25,237 nt of DNA from positions 1 to 25,237 of IMG/VR virus record IMGVR_UViG_3300012942_000126; one strand, written 5' to 3'. The position numbers and the translations under genes were made by a program. Position 1 is the first letter of the stretch. Each line of letters starts with the position of its first letter. This stretch comes from a virus (Duplodnaviria; Caudoviricetes). The notes under the pieces are model-generated. The model had not been told where the DNA came from and ran no database searches. It saw only the letters and a program-made list of their open reading frames with translations. This document shows positions 8,322 to 15,618 of the stretch, in pieces.

Positions 8322-8720
8322 ATGAGTAGCTCAAAAAGGATTACCATCATCCAATATTCAGAATGGGATGAAGATGGTGAAGAAGTTTTCATCTATCTTG
8401 AGGAAGCCTGGCTAGATGTAGATGGTGGTTATGGCTTTTCATCCACTGAACAGGTTGAACTAGCTCTGGATTTGTCAGAAAAGACGATCGAAGAGCAGGT
8501 TAGAATCTTCTCACAATTCCAAGAAGAGAATCCTGAATCTGATTGTAAAATCGTATCAATTACGATCAATATCATCCGGGAAGAGATGAGCCTAGAGGAA
8601 GATGCGTATCGCGAGGCTCGTCAGAAAATTGCTCTAGCGAAACTCAACGAGGGTGATATCAAGGCTCTCGGCATCATGAATATCCACACCTACATCAAGA
8701 CCAAGTTCCACAACGCATGA
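8322..8720 (+). CDS. Acidic hypothetical protein
   Basis: 132 aa, AAGGAAGG SD, C-terminal ALAKLNEGDIKALG motif. Confidence 0.8.
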   Translation: MSSSKRITIIQYSEWDEDGEEVFIYLEEAWLDVDGGYGFSSTEQVELALDLSEKTIEEQVRIFSQFQEENPESDCKIVSITINIIREEMSLEEDAYREARQKIALAKLNEGDIKALGIMNIHTYIKTKFHNA

Positions 8721-8863
8721 TACAGGTTGTTGAAAAGAGAAGAGTCATCAGGGTGACCACCATGTGGAATGATAATGATGATGATGATGATGATGATGAG
8801 ATCCACGCTCTTGGTGTAGAGAATCTAGCAGTTTATGATAAACTAAAGAACCACAATGCTTGA
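8717..8863 (+). pseudogene. 48-aa mini-ORF, probably an internally deleted paralog of 8322..8720 (not in ORF track)
   Basis: MIQVVEKRRVIRVTTMWNDNDDDDDDDEIHALGVENLAVYDKLKNHNA. ATGA-coupled. Both ends resemble the ends of the upstream protein. Confidence 0.55.
8777..8797 (+). repeat. (GAT)7 microsatellite
   Basis: Seven tandem GAT read directly; encodes poly-Asp in the mini-ORF. Confidence 0.9.
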
Positions 8864-8887
8864 CACCTGAGTCTATCCTGTTACGAT
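8860..8887 (+). promoter_or_regulatory. Sigma70-like promoter
   Basis: TTGACA-16 nt-TACGAT. Confidence 0.7.
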
Positions 8888-8904
8888 GGCGCAAAGGAGT
8901 TCAC

Positions 8905-9540
8905 ATGGGGCATACGACAGTTTATAAGGTGAAGGACCTCAAAACAGGTCTATTCATGAATAAGCACGCCTGTTGGGATAAAAAGGGTAAGACCTGGGAA
9001 TCCTTGGGTAAGCTCAAACTATCGCTGAATGGTCATGGCTATTACTCCAAGAGCACCCACTATCAATCAGCGAACGCCAATGCTGTCTTTGGAGATCACA
9101 TCAAGATCATCGAGATCAAGATTGTAGAAACTGAAGACAACATGAGTAATCTGGATGACTTCCTAGCCAAGATCCGCCGCTACCTAGCTATGGGTCAGAA
9201 ATATGGCCAATCATTCCAGGATCTTGTCGAGCGTATCGAGGATCAAGGTCAGAACCATCAGTTCCAATGGGTTCTAGTAGCCAATAGCACTTGGGATTAT
9301 AACAACCAGTGTCACAAGGGTGATTTCGCAGAAATGCTTGAGATCATCAAGAGGCTGAAGCTCAAACAGAATAAGGATTACAAGAAGGCCAGCACCCATA
9401 GTAATGGGGGAGCGGTCGCCTTTGCTAGTAAACAGGTGGCAATGACCGTGCGCCTTACCATGCAGGGAAAATGTCAAGGCATTGACATTCAGGATTATGT
9501 TGAAACGGATCTTGACGAAGAGGATGGTCGTCTTGTATAA
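8905..9540 (+). CDS. Hypothetical protein, paralog of 18867..19457
   Basis: ATG 8905 after AAGGAG. YKVKDLKTGLF...GKTW N-terminus. Confidence 0.8.
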   Translation: MGHTTVYKVKDLKTGLFMNKHACWDKKGKTWESLGKLKLSLNGHGYYSKSTHYQSANANAVFGDHIKIIEIKIVETEDNMSNLDDFLAKIRRYLAMGQKYGQSFQDLVERIEDQGQNHQFQWVLVANSTWDYNNQCHKGDFAEMLEIIKRLKLKQNKDYKKASTHSNGGAVAFASKQVAMTVRLTMQGKCQGIDIQDYVETDLDEEDGRLV

Positions 9541-9551
9541 GTAGAAACATA

Positions 9552-9615
9552 GCAAAGGCGAATCGCAAGGTTGCGCCAATGCCGGACCATAAGCACCTAT
9601 CGAAAGGTAAGGACG
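9552..9615 (+). ncRNA. Candidate structured cis-regulatory leader of nadE (shared with pncA leader)
   Basis: GCA-AA-GGCG-AATC-GCAA-GGTT-G-CGCC-AA-TGC, then CCATAA, then a GAAA-loop hairpin overlapping the SD. Confidence 0.45.
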
Positions 9616-10725
9616 ATGAACGCTCTACGTAATTCCATTCTTGATCTGAGCCGCCAGAATAACATCGGCGAGCTAACCCCCTGGTTCTCCAACCAACTGG
9701 ACCTCCAAATCCAGCAGGGTCTCTTCCCCACTGAAGACAAACTGACAGACCTTGCTAAGGATCTCGTCGCACGTCTCGTCTCATATGGTGAGCAAACCAA
9801 CGTATCCACCGTGGTGCTCGGTATGAGCGGAGGGGTAGACTCGGCCCTCACGGCTGCGCTATTCAAGCGCGCTGGCTGGAATGTCATCGGCGTAACCATG
9901 CCGATCAATCAGAACCCCGAAGAAACCGACCGCGGCATCGAGGCTTGTGAGGCTCTCGGTATTGAGCATCGCCACATCGATCTCACGGACCTCTATAACA
10001 GCACACTCAATTCGCTTTCGGGCGCATTCTCTATCCACACCGGCCAAGACCAGGATCCACTTGATCAGCGCATCGGTGATTTCATCAATGATGAAGATAA
10101 GGACGTAACGCGCGTTCGTATCCGTCGCGGCAACATTCGCGCACGACTTCGCATGATCACGCTCTACAACCTGGCTTCTTTGGAAGGCGGGTTGGTAGCC
10201 AGCACGGATAATTTCAGCGAACTATGCGCTGGCTTCTGGACCCTTCATGGTGATGTGGGTGATCTTTCACCCATCCAGTCGCTATTGAAGAGCTGGGAAG
10301 TGCCTTATATATCCAAGATCACCGGTGTTCCTGAGAGCACATGGCGCGCTACGCCGACAGATGGCCTGGGTATTAGCGCTGGTGATGAAGCCCAGCTGGG
10401 TGGTAGCTACCTCGAGTGGGATATCATGGTCAACGCGATCATCAAGATCCTAAGAAATTCGAGAACGTCGATGTTGGCGGCTAATCGCGGCGATCAGAAT
10501 AAACTGCGCGAGTTCCTCAAAATTGAGGGTGATGAGCGAGCAGAGGCGGTATATGAAGCGGTGATGACCCGCATGGGCGGCACGTGGTTCAAGCGCATGA
10601 ATCCAGTCAATCTACAGAATAAGATTCACGACCGCTATTCCGATCTGGCACTCATCGACAATTCGATGTTTGTTCCATCGAGCCTCATTGGTGAGCCCGA
10701 GCCTGCTACTGCGGCGATCGCCTGA
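9616..10725 (+). CDS. nadE: NH3-dependent NAD+ synthetase
   Basis: LGMSGGVDS, GNIRARLRMITLY, TDNFSE...GFWTLHGD, PTDGL. No glutaminase domain. Confidence 0.93.
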   Translation: MNALRNSILDLSRQNNIGELTPWFSNQLDLQIQQGLFPTEDKLTDLAKDLVARLVSYGEQTNVSTVVLGMSGGVDSALTAALFKRAGWNVIGVTMPINQNPEETDRGIEACEALGIEHRHIDLTDLYNSTLNSLSGAFSIHTGQDQDPLDQRIGDFINDEDKDVTRVRIRRGNIRARLRMITLYNLASLEGGLVASTDNFSELCAGFWTLHGDVGDLSPIQSLLKSWEVPYISKITGVPESTWRATPTDGLGISAGDEAQLGGSYLEWDIMVNAIIKILRNSRTSMLAANRGDQNKLREFLKIEGDERAEAVYEAVMTRMGGTWFKRMNPVNLQNKIHDRYSDLALIDNSMFVPSSLIGEPEPATAAIA

Positions 10726-10728
10726 CCA

Positions 10729-10784
10729 CTTTCTGGTTGCGATAGTGCGGAGACGTGCTATCGCACCAGTTGTTATTCAGAAAG
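10729..10784 (+). promoter_or_regulatory. Intergenic hairpin (terminator or attenuator-like) with an embedded promoter-like motif
   Basis: CTGG-T-TGCGATAGTGCG-GAGA-CGTGCTATCGCA-CCAG followed by TTGTTATT. TTGCGA-16 nt-TATCGC. Confidence 0.5.
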
Positions 10785-10794
10785 GAGGCCGATA

Positions 10795-12105
10795 ATGGTC
10801 GATCTCGCACTACGCGCCCATAATAAGAACTGGCGTCTTGATCCTATCGTTCGGTCGCTCCTCGACACGGACTTTTACAAGCTGCTGATGGGCCAGTTCA
10901 TCTACAATCGCTACCCCATACATACCGTGACGTTTGCTTTGAAGAACCGGACCACATCCGTGAATCTCGGCAACATTATCGATGAGCAGGAACTGCGCGA
11001 GCAACTGGATCACGTTCGCACTCTACGCTTCACACCTCAAGAGCTCATCTGGCTCCAGGGTAATACTTTCTACGGTAAACAGGGTATCTTCACTCCTGGC
11101 TATATCGACTTCTTGCGGCGGCTGAAGCTTCCTGAATATTCGCTCTCACGAAACGAGAAGAACGACTTTGTGCTTACATTCACCGGTCCGTGGATGGAAG
11201 TAACCTATTGGGAAATCTACGCCCTTTCTATCGTTAGTGAGCTCAAGACGCGCGCTGCTCTCCGTAAGCTCAGCAAGTTCGAGTTGGATATCCTCTATTC
11301 TCGTGCCAAAGCCAAGCTATGGGACAAACTGGTTCATATTGGCAAACTTCCTAATCTGAACCTGTCGGATATGGGAACCCGTAGGCGCCACTCATTCCTC
11401 TGGCAGGAATGGGCTGTTAGTGCCGCAGCCGAGGCCCTGCGTGACGGATTCTCGGGCACCAGCAACTCATATCTGGCCTACAAGTATGGTTGGGAAGCTA
11501 AGGGCACCAATGCCCATGAACTTCCAATGACTCTGACGGCCATTTGTGCTCACCAGGGCAATCATTCGGATGAAGAGATCCGACAGGTTCAATATGAGGT
11601 CTGCCGGCATTGGCAGAATGATTACTCGGGTAACCTTCTGGTTGCTCTGCCTGATACCTATGGCACAACTCAATTCCTCAAGAACGCGCCTCAATGGTTG
11701 AGCTTGTGGAAGGGTTTTCGGCCGGATAGTAAGAAGCCCAACGAGGCGGCTGAAGAGCTAATTGCGTGGTGGAACCGCATGGGTGTCAACCCCAAGGAGA
11801 AGCTGGTTCTTTTCAGCGATGGTTTGGATGCTCCTGACATCATTGGCCTCCAGAACCGATGGAAGGATGAGGTCATGGTGGGCTTTGGTTGGGGCACGAT
11901 GCTCACCAATGATTTCAAGGACCTAACCACTGATGGCTCACTGGATCCCCTAAGCCTGGTCTGTAAAGTCGTTGCTGCCGATGGCGCTCCTGCGGTCAAG
12001 CTCAGTGACAATTACGAGAAGGCTACCGGCCCAGAGAAAGAGGTAGAGCGCTACCGTAAGATCTTCGGTAGCGAGGGCATGGCCGACGTTCCGGTATTCG
12101 TATAA
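10795..12105 (+). CDS. pncB: Nicotinate phosphoribosyltransferase
   Basis: LDTDFYK, DMGTRRRHS, GTSN, GTNAHE, LPDTYGT, RPDS, FSDGLD, FGWGT.LTND, KLSDN. Alphaproteobacterial-type N-terminus W.LDPIVRSLLDTD. Confidence 0.95.
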   Translation: MVDLALRAHNKNWRLDPIVRSLLDTDFYKLLMGQFIYNRYPIHTVTFALKNRTTSVNLGNIIDEQELREQLDHVRTLRFTPQELIWLQGNTFYGKQGIFTPGYIDFLRRLKLPEYSLSRNEKNDFVLTFTGPWMEVTYWEIYALSIVSELKTRAALRKLSKFELDILYSRAKAKLWDKLVHIGKLPNLNLSDMGTRRRHSFLWQEWAVSAAAEALRDGFSGTSNSYLAYKYGWEAKGTNAHELPMTLTAICAHQGNHSDEEIRQVQYEVCRHWQNDYSGNLLVALPDTYGTTQFLKNAPQWLSLWKGFRPDSKKPNEAAEELIAWWNRMGVNPKEKLVLFSDGLDAPDIIGLQNRWKDEVMVGFGWGTMLTNDFKDLTTDGSLDPLSLVCKVVAADGAPAVKLSDNYEKATGPEKEVERYRKIFGSEGMADVPVFV

Positions 12106-12440
12106 TGGCCAGAAGCAACCCTCGATACGATTGTAAGGGTTGCGGTCATAAGAATACCCGTAACCAGCTCAGACAGAGTAACGGAATTTGTATCCATTGT
12201 AAGGCTCCATATCCCCACACTGAATGGATGGGTGGTCAGCAAGCTACACTAGGCCAGCTTCTCACTATTCCAAAGACTGATGACGAGGATTTAGCAAAGT
12301 TAGCCGAAGATCTCGGAGTTCGACCAGCTGATCTTATCAGCGCTGCCATTCAAATCAAATTAAGGGAATGGTCAGAAGCCGAGGATATTGAAAAAGCCGT
12401 CAAACAGGACCTAATGCTAGCTAAGCTCTACAGGAGATAA
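12105..12440 (+). CDS. Zn-ribbon plus ribbon-helix-helix-like protein, possible regulator
   Basis: CKGC...CIHC, then IPKTDDEDLAKLAEDLGVRPADLISAAI. TAATG-coupled to pncB. Confidence 0.55.
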   Translation: MARSNPRYDCKGCGHKNTRNQLRQSNGICIHCKAPYPHTEWMGGQQATLGQLLTIPKTDDEDLAKLAEDLGVRPADLISAAIQIKLREWSEAEDIEKAVKQDLMLAKLYRR

Positions 12441-12442
12441 GC

Positions 12443-12619
12443 ATGTTCAAGGTTGAAGGCGGCGTTTACACCAATACATCATTCCAGGATCTTGTTCCTG
12501 GAACCCAGGAGGTCTACGGACCATTTGACAGTTATGAAGAAGCGTATAAGACTTGGTCTGGTAAGGCGCGCGCCAATATCGACGTTTGCTGCCACAGGCT
12601 GGTTATTAAGGAGGTATAA
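12443..12619 (+). CDS. DUF4170-like small protein, 58 aa (not in ORF track)
   Basis: MFKVEGGVYTNTSFQDLVPGTQEVYGPFDSYEEAYKTWSGKARANIDVCCHRLVIKEV. AGGAG SD. Stop overlaps the next ATG. Confidence 0.75.
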   Translation: MFKVEGGVYTNTSFQDLVPGTQEVYGPFDSYEEAYKTWSGKARANIDVCCHRLVIKEV

Positions 12620-13323
12620 TGGCTTACATCTATCCGTTCCGAATGGCCAGCGCCACAGCTACAATGGTGCTCATCGATCCAGTTGCTGAAGAAGTAATCG
12701 GAGGCATTCGAAAGGAATCAGCTTGGGTCTACCCAGGCTATAATTCCTTATCTGGTGGCTTCATGGAAGCCCGCTACGTGGAAACCAGCGAGGAACGGGC
12801 GGCGTGTCGAGCCTATTGTGATGAGAAGCTTGGCATGAAGCTGATGAGCGACGAATTCCATGAGGGCGAGAACCTCGAAGAATGTGCGATTCGAGAGATC
12901 GCAGAAGAGTTCGGTATTCAAGTTGGCTTGGATCAGCTCAAGATGTTTACGGTGCGTTCCAATAGCCGCACCGATACGAGGGCCCATGTGGTTAACGCTT
13001 GCTATTATATTGAGCTCCTACCTGAGCAGGCGAATGCTTTGCCGGATGGTAAGGATGTTTCAATGCTCGATGACCTCGAATCCGTGAAACGCATGAAGAT
13101 CAGTGAGGTCGAGGGTGCTCCTGAAAGTGAATGGCCCATGGCATTCAACCACTTCGAAATCATGCAGGCTGGTATCGCGGCATGGAAGAAGGAGCGCCAT
13201 TATTTGGAACTGGAGGGCGAGGTTATTGCTCTTCGAGACCGACTGGCCCGAGCCGAGAAACGTATTACTGAGCTTGGCTGGGATAGGGATTCAGCAGCCG
13301 GTCTGTTGAATTGGGGTGCGTAA
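12619..13323 (+). CDS. Nudix hydrolase, ADP-ribose pyrophosphatase-like (NadM-Nudix/NrtR clade features)
   Basis: GGFME...GENLEECAIREIAEEFGI; RTDTRAHVV (cf. RDPRGHVV); DD; MAFNH (cf. LAFDH). Confidence 0.8.
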   Translation: MAYIYPFRMASATATMVLIDPVAEEVIGGIRKESAWVYPGYNSLSGGFMEARYVETSEERAACRAYCDEKLGMKLMSDEFHEGENLEECAIREIAEEFGIQVGLDQLKMFTVRSNSRTDTRAHVVNACYYIELLPEQANALPDGKDVSMLDDLESVKRMKISEVEGAPESEWPMAFNHFEIMQAGIAAWKKERHYLELEGEVIALRDRLARAEKRITELGWDRDSAAGLLNWGA

Positions 13324-13928
13324 TGACTCAGCGTGTAGGTCTAGCAATCATGAGGACTATGCCCTTACATGAAGGGCATACCCGTATTGCGTCGCGCATG
13401 ATCAATGCTCATGATGTAGTGATCATTGGTTGTGGTTCAGCCAACAAGCCAATCACTATCCAGAATCCATTCTCCGTAGAAGTTCGTATGGAGATGTGGG
13501 ATAGGCTCTACGGTATGCGAGTCAAGCTCGTTCCACTGGCCGACCTAGGTGCCACCAAGGATACCAACGAGTGGTGTGACTATGTGTTGAAGAAAATCCA
13601 AGGTTTGGGTCTCCCCAATCCTACGGATTATTACACTGGCTCACCCGCTGATGCTATCTGGTATCGTGGTCGGTTCTTCAATAAGGAATGTGGTTCGCCC
13701 GCTGACGATAACCCTGAGGATTTCGTAGCTCGCTACATGCCCAACGGTGTATTCCGCCAGCTTCACCTCGAGGAACGCACCCAGAATTACATTCCAAGTG
13801 CCACTGAGCTTCGTCAGTTCCTTGTGACTCGTAATGACGGTTGGAAGCGATGGGTTCCGGCTGTTATACATGATTTGGTTGAAGAGCACTTCCCCGAAGA
13901 GTTCAAGGTTGGCCACGAGGACAAGTAA
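13323..13928 (+). CDS. nadM: NMN/NaMN adenylyltransferase (NadM-like, HxGH superfamily)
   Basis: MRTMPLHEGH, IIGCGSA, NPFS...R, SATELR, W...VP. TAATG-coupled to the Nudix gene. Confidence 0.85.
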   Translation: MTQRVGLAIMRTMPLHEGHTRIASRMINAHDVVIIGCGSANKPITIQNPFSVEVRMEMWDRLYGMRVKLVPLADLGATKDTNEWCDYVLKKIQGLGLPNPTDYYTGSPADAIWYRGRFFNKECGSPADDNPEDFVARYMPNGVFRQLHLEERTQNYIPSATELRQFLVTRNDGWKRWVPAVIHDLVEEHFPEEFKVGHEDK

Positions 13929-14192
13929 ATGGGCGATATGGGTGATCTATTCAATGATCTCAAGCAGATCCGCCGAGAGCAACGAGCAGCTAGATCAACA
14001 CAAGCTGGTTCGATGGTCAATGACGTTCGGGAGAAAGTCGATAGCCTGACTGTCGATGCTAATGGCACTTGGAATATCACCAAAGGCACCCATAAGATTC
14101 AGTTTTATCCTACCAAAGGAACTTGGCAGGTCAGGGGTAAGATGCTACGTGGCGGCATCTTTGGCTTCATCAACTGGTTAGAGAAACTATGA
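13929..14192 (+). CDS. Hypothetical phage protein
   Basis: 87 aa. MGDMGD.F start and FYPTKGTW, a pattern common in phage proteins. Confidence 0.75.
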   Translation: MGDMGDLFNDLKQIRREQRAARSTQAGSMVNDVREKVDSLTVDANGTWNITKGTHKIQFYPTKGTWQVRGKMLRGGIFGFINWLEKL

Positions 14193-14461
14193 AATATCCG
14201 GCTCTATTCGCTTTTCTACTGATTGCTAGTTGCTCACAGGCAGTCTCCGAAAGCAAGGCAGAACCAACACCAACACCAACACCAACGCCATCAGCTATGA
14301 GCGATCTCTACGATGGCAACGTACAGATCATGGAGCCAAGTATCAGTGTATTCACCGATCCTGAGACCAAGTGCCAGTATCTGATCATGCAGAATTACCA
14401 TTCCGGTGGTATAACTGCTAGGTTGGGTAGGGATGGACGCATCATGTGTCTGGATCAGTAA
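14189..14461 (+). CDS. Putative lipoprotein
   Basis: Signal peptide with lipobox IASC, PT-repeat linker, DPETKCQYL. Confidence 0.7.
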   Translation: MKYPALFAFLLIASCSQAVSESKAEPTPTPTPTPSAMSDLYDGNVQIMEPSISVFTDPETKCQYLIMQNYHSGGITARLGRDGRIMCLDQ

Positions 14462-14476
14462 GAAGGGAATTCACCA

Positions 14477-14905
14477 ATGTCAGCCATAGTTCAGACGATT
14501 GAGTCAGTTGAACCTTACGGTGAGAACCTAAGCATCGTCACTACTAGTGAGGGTCATAAGGTCATCGCAAACAAGCACGGGGATGGATCGTTCCGTTGGG
14601 CTGCGGGTGAACTCTGTGTCTATGTCAGCGAAGGCAGTATCATCCCCGATGATGTGCTGTGGGACCGCGGCTATTGGGATGAAGAGAAGAATCGTGGTCT
14701 ACTGGACGGCGGTAAGCGCAATCGCGTCAAAATGAAGAAGCTCGCTGGCTTCGAATCGCGCGGTCTGCTATTCAAGGTCGACCCAAGTGACATGGTTCAT
14801 CGGGGTGATAAACGCATGTTTGTAACCCGGCTGAACCACCACAAGGAGGCCATTCTCGGGGAGGATGTTAGCGAATTCCTTGGAATCACAGAGTTCACAG
14901 GTTGA
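14477..14905 (+). CDS. Stand-alone tRNA-binding/OB-like domain resembling the N-terminus of DRB0094-family RNA ligases
   Basis: GELCVYVSEGSIIP, RVKMKKLAGFESRGLL, GEDVSEFLGI. Confidence 0.65.
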   Translation: MSAIVQTIESVEPYGENLSIVTTSEGHKVIANKHGDGSFRWAAGELCVYVSEGSIIPDDVLWDRGYWDEEKNRGLLDGGKRNRVKMKKLAGFESRGLLFKVDPSDMVHRGDKRMFVTRLNHHKEAILGEDVSEFLGITEFTG

Positions 14906-14943
14906 CAAGACTGGTGAATTCTGTCACAATAGATAGGTAAATA
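14902..14943 (+). promoter_or_regulatory. Sigma70-like promoter followed by a late-like GGTAAATA
   Basis: TTGACA-17 nt-CACAAT (14902-14930); GGTAAATA at 14936-14943. Confidence 0.55.
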
Positions 14944-15009
14944 GGGATGGAAGCTAATCCTCGGGTTGAGCAACCATTCCATTAACCTCAATGAAAGTTG
15001 GAGGTCAGA
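14944..15009 (+). ncRNA. Candidate structured cis-regulatory leader of pncA (shared with nadE leader)
   Basis: GGGATGG-AA-GCT-AATC-CTCG-GGTT-G-AGC-AA-CCATTCC, then ACCTCAAT-GAAA-GTTGGAGGT masking the SD. Confidence 0.5.
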
Positions 15010-15618
15010 ATGCTTAAGAAGTTCCTCGTCGTTGTCGACACCCAATACGATTTTATGATGCCCGATGGCGCGCTCTATGTGGGCAGCGCAGAAGACATCA
15101 TTGTGCCTGGCACAAAGTTCCTTGCGAATCTAGATGCCGATGAGTATGAAGGGGTCTTATTCACCTTCGATACTCACGATCCTAAGACCTGGGACTCTAT
15201 GCTAGAGAGCAAAGAGTTCCCCATCCATTGCGTCAAGAATACCAGCGGGTGGACCAATGTCTTCAACGACAAACTGGTTCCGAGGCAGATCCCCATCTAC
15301 CTTCTTGAGAAGGGTGTATTCAACATGTGGGAAGAGGAGCGACTCTCCTTCCTTCAGATTGACCGCAGCACTTCCATCATTCGCCCGGTCATGGACTTTT
15401 TGCTTCGTGATGAGTTCTTCAAGCAAATGAGCGAGAAGGATGAGGTTGTTATCCAGGTCATGGGTGTAGCCTCTGATTATTGCGTCAAGTGGGCTGTTGA
15501 TGGCTTTGTGAAGCGCGGCTTCAAAGTAGAAGTCATTGAAGAGCTTTGCCGTGGTATTGGTGCTCCAGCCAGCGACGTCTTTGAAGGCCCCGACTACATC
15601 GACGTGGCGTTGGTCTAA
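15010..15618 (+). CDS. pncA: Nicotinamidase (isochorismatase family)
   Basis: VVVDTQYDF, DTH, FPIHC, EKG, GVASDYCV (catalytic D-K-C and metal ligands). Confidence 0.9.
   Translation: MLKKFLVVVDTQYDFMMPDGALYVGSAEDIIVPGTKFLANLDADEYEGVLFTFDTHDPKTWDSMLESKEFPIHCVKNTSGWTNVFNDKLVPRQIPIYLLEKGVFNMWEEERLSFLQIDRSTSIIRPVMDFLLRDEFFKQMSEKDEVVIQVMGVASDYCVKWAVDGFVKRGFKVEVIEELCRGIGAPASDVFEGPDYIDVALV

Noticed and set aside
9545-9615. Resemblance of the nadE leader to a c-di-GMP-I riboswitch (GCAAA, GNRA loop, CC.TAAG)
   Set aside because: Lacks the GACGCAAAGCC strand, a proper tetraloop receptor and a P1 helix.
12453-12689. 78-aa plus-strand ORF
   Set aside because: The alternative frame 12443..12619 has an SD, exact coupling and a recognisable family.
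12619-13323. NrtR transcriptional regulator call
   Set aside because: No C-terminal winged helix, and the catalytic RE..EE is retained.
14261-14292. ACACCA tandem repeats
   Set aside because: Simply encodes the Pro-Thr linker of the lipoprotein.
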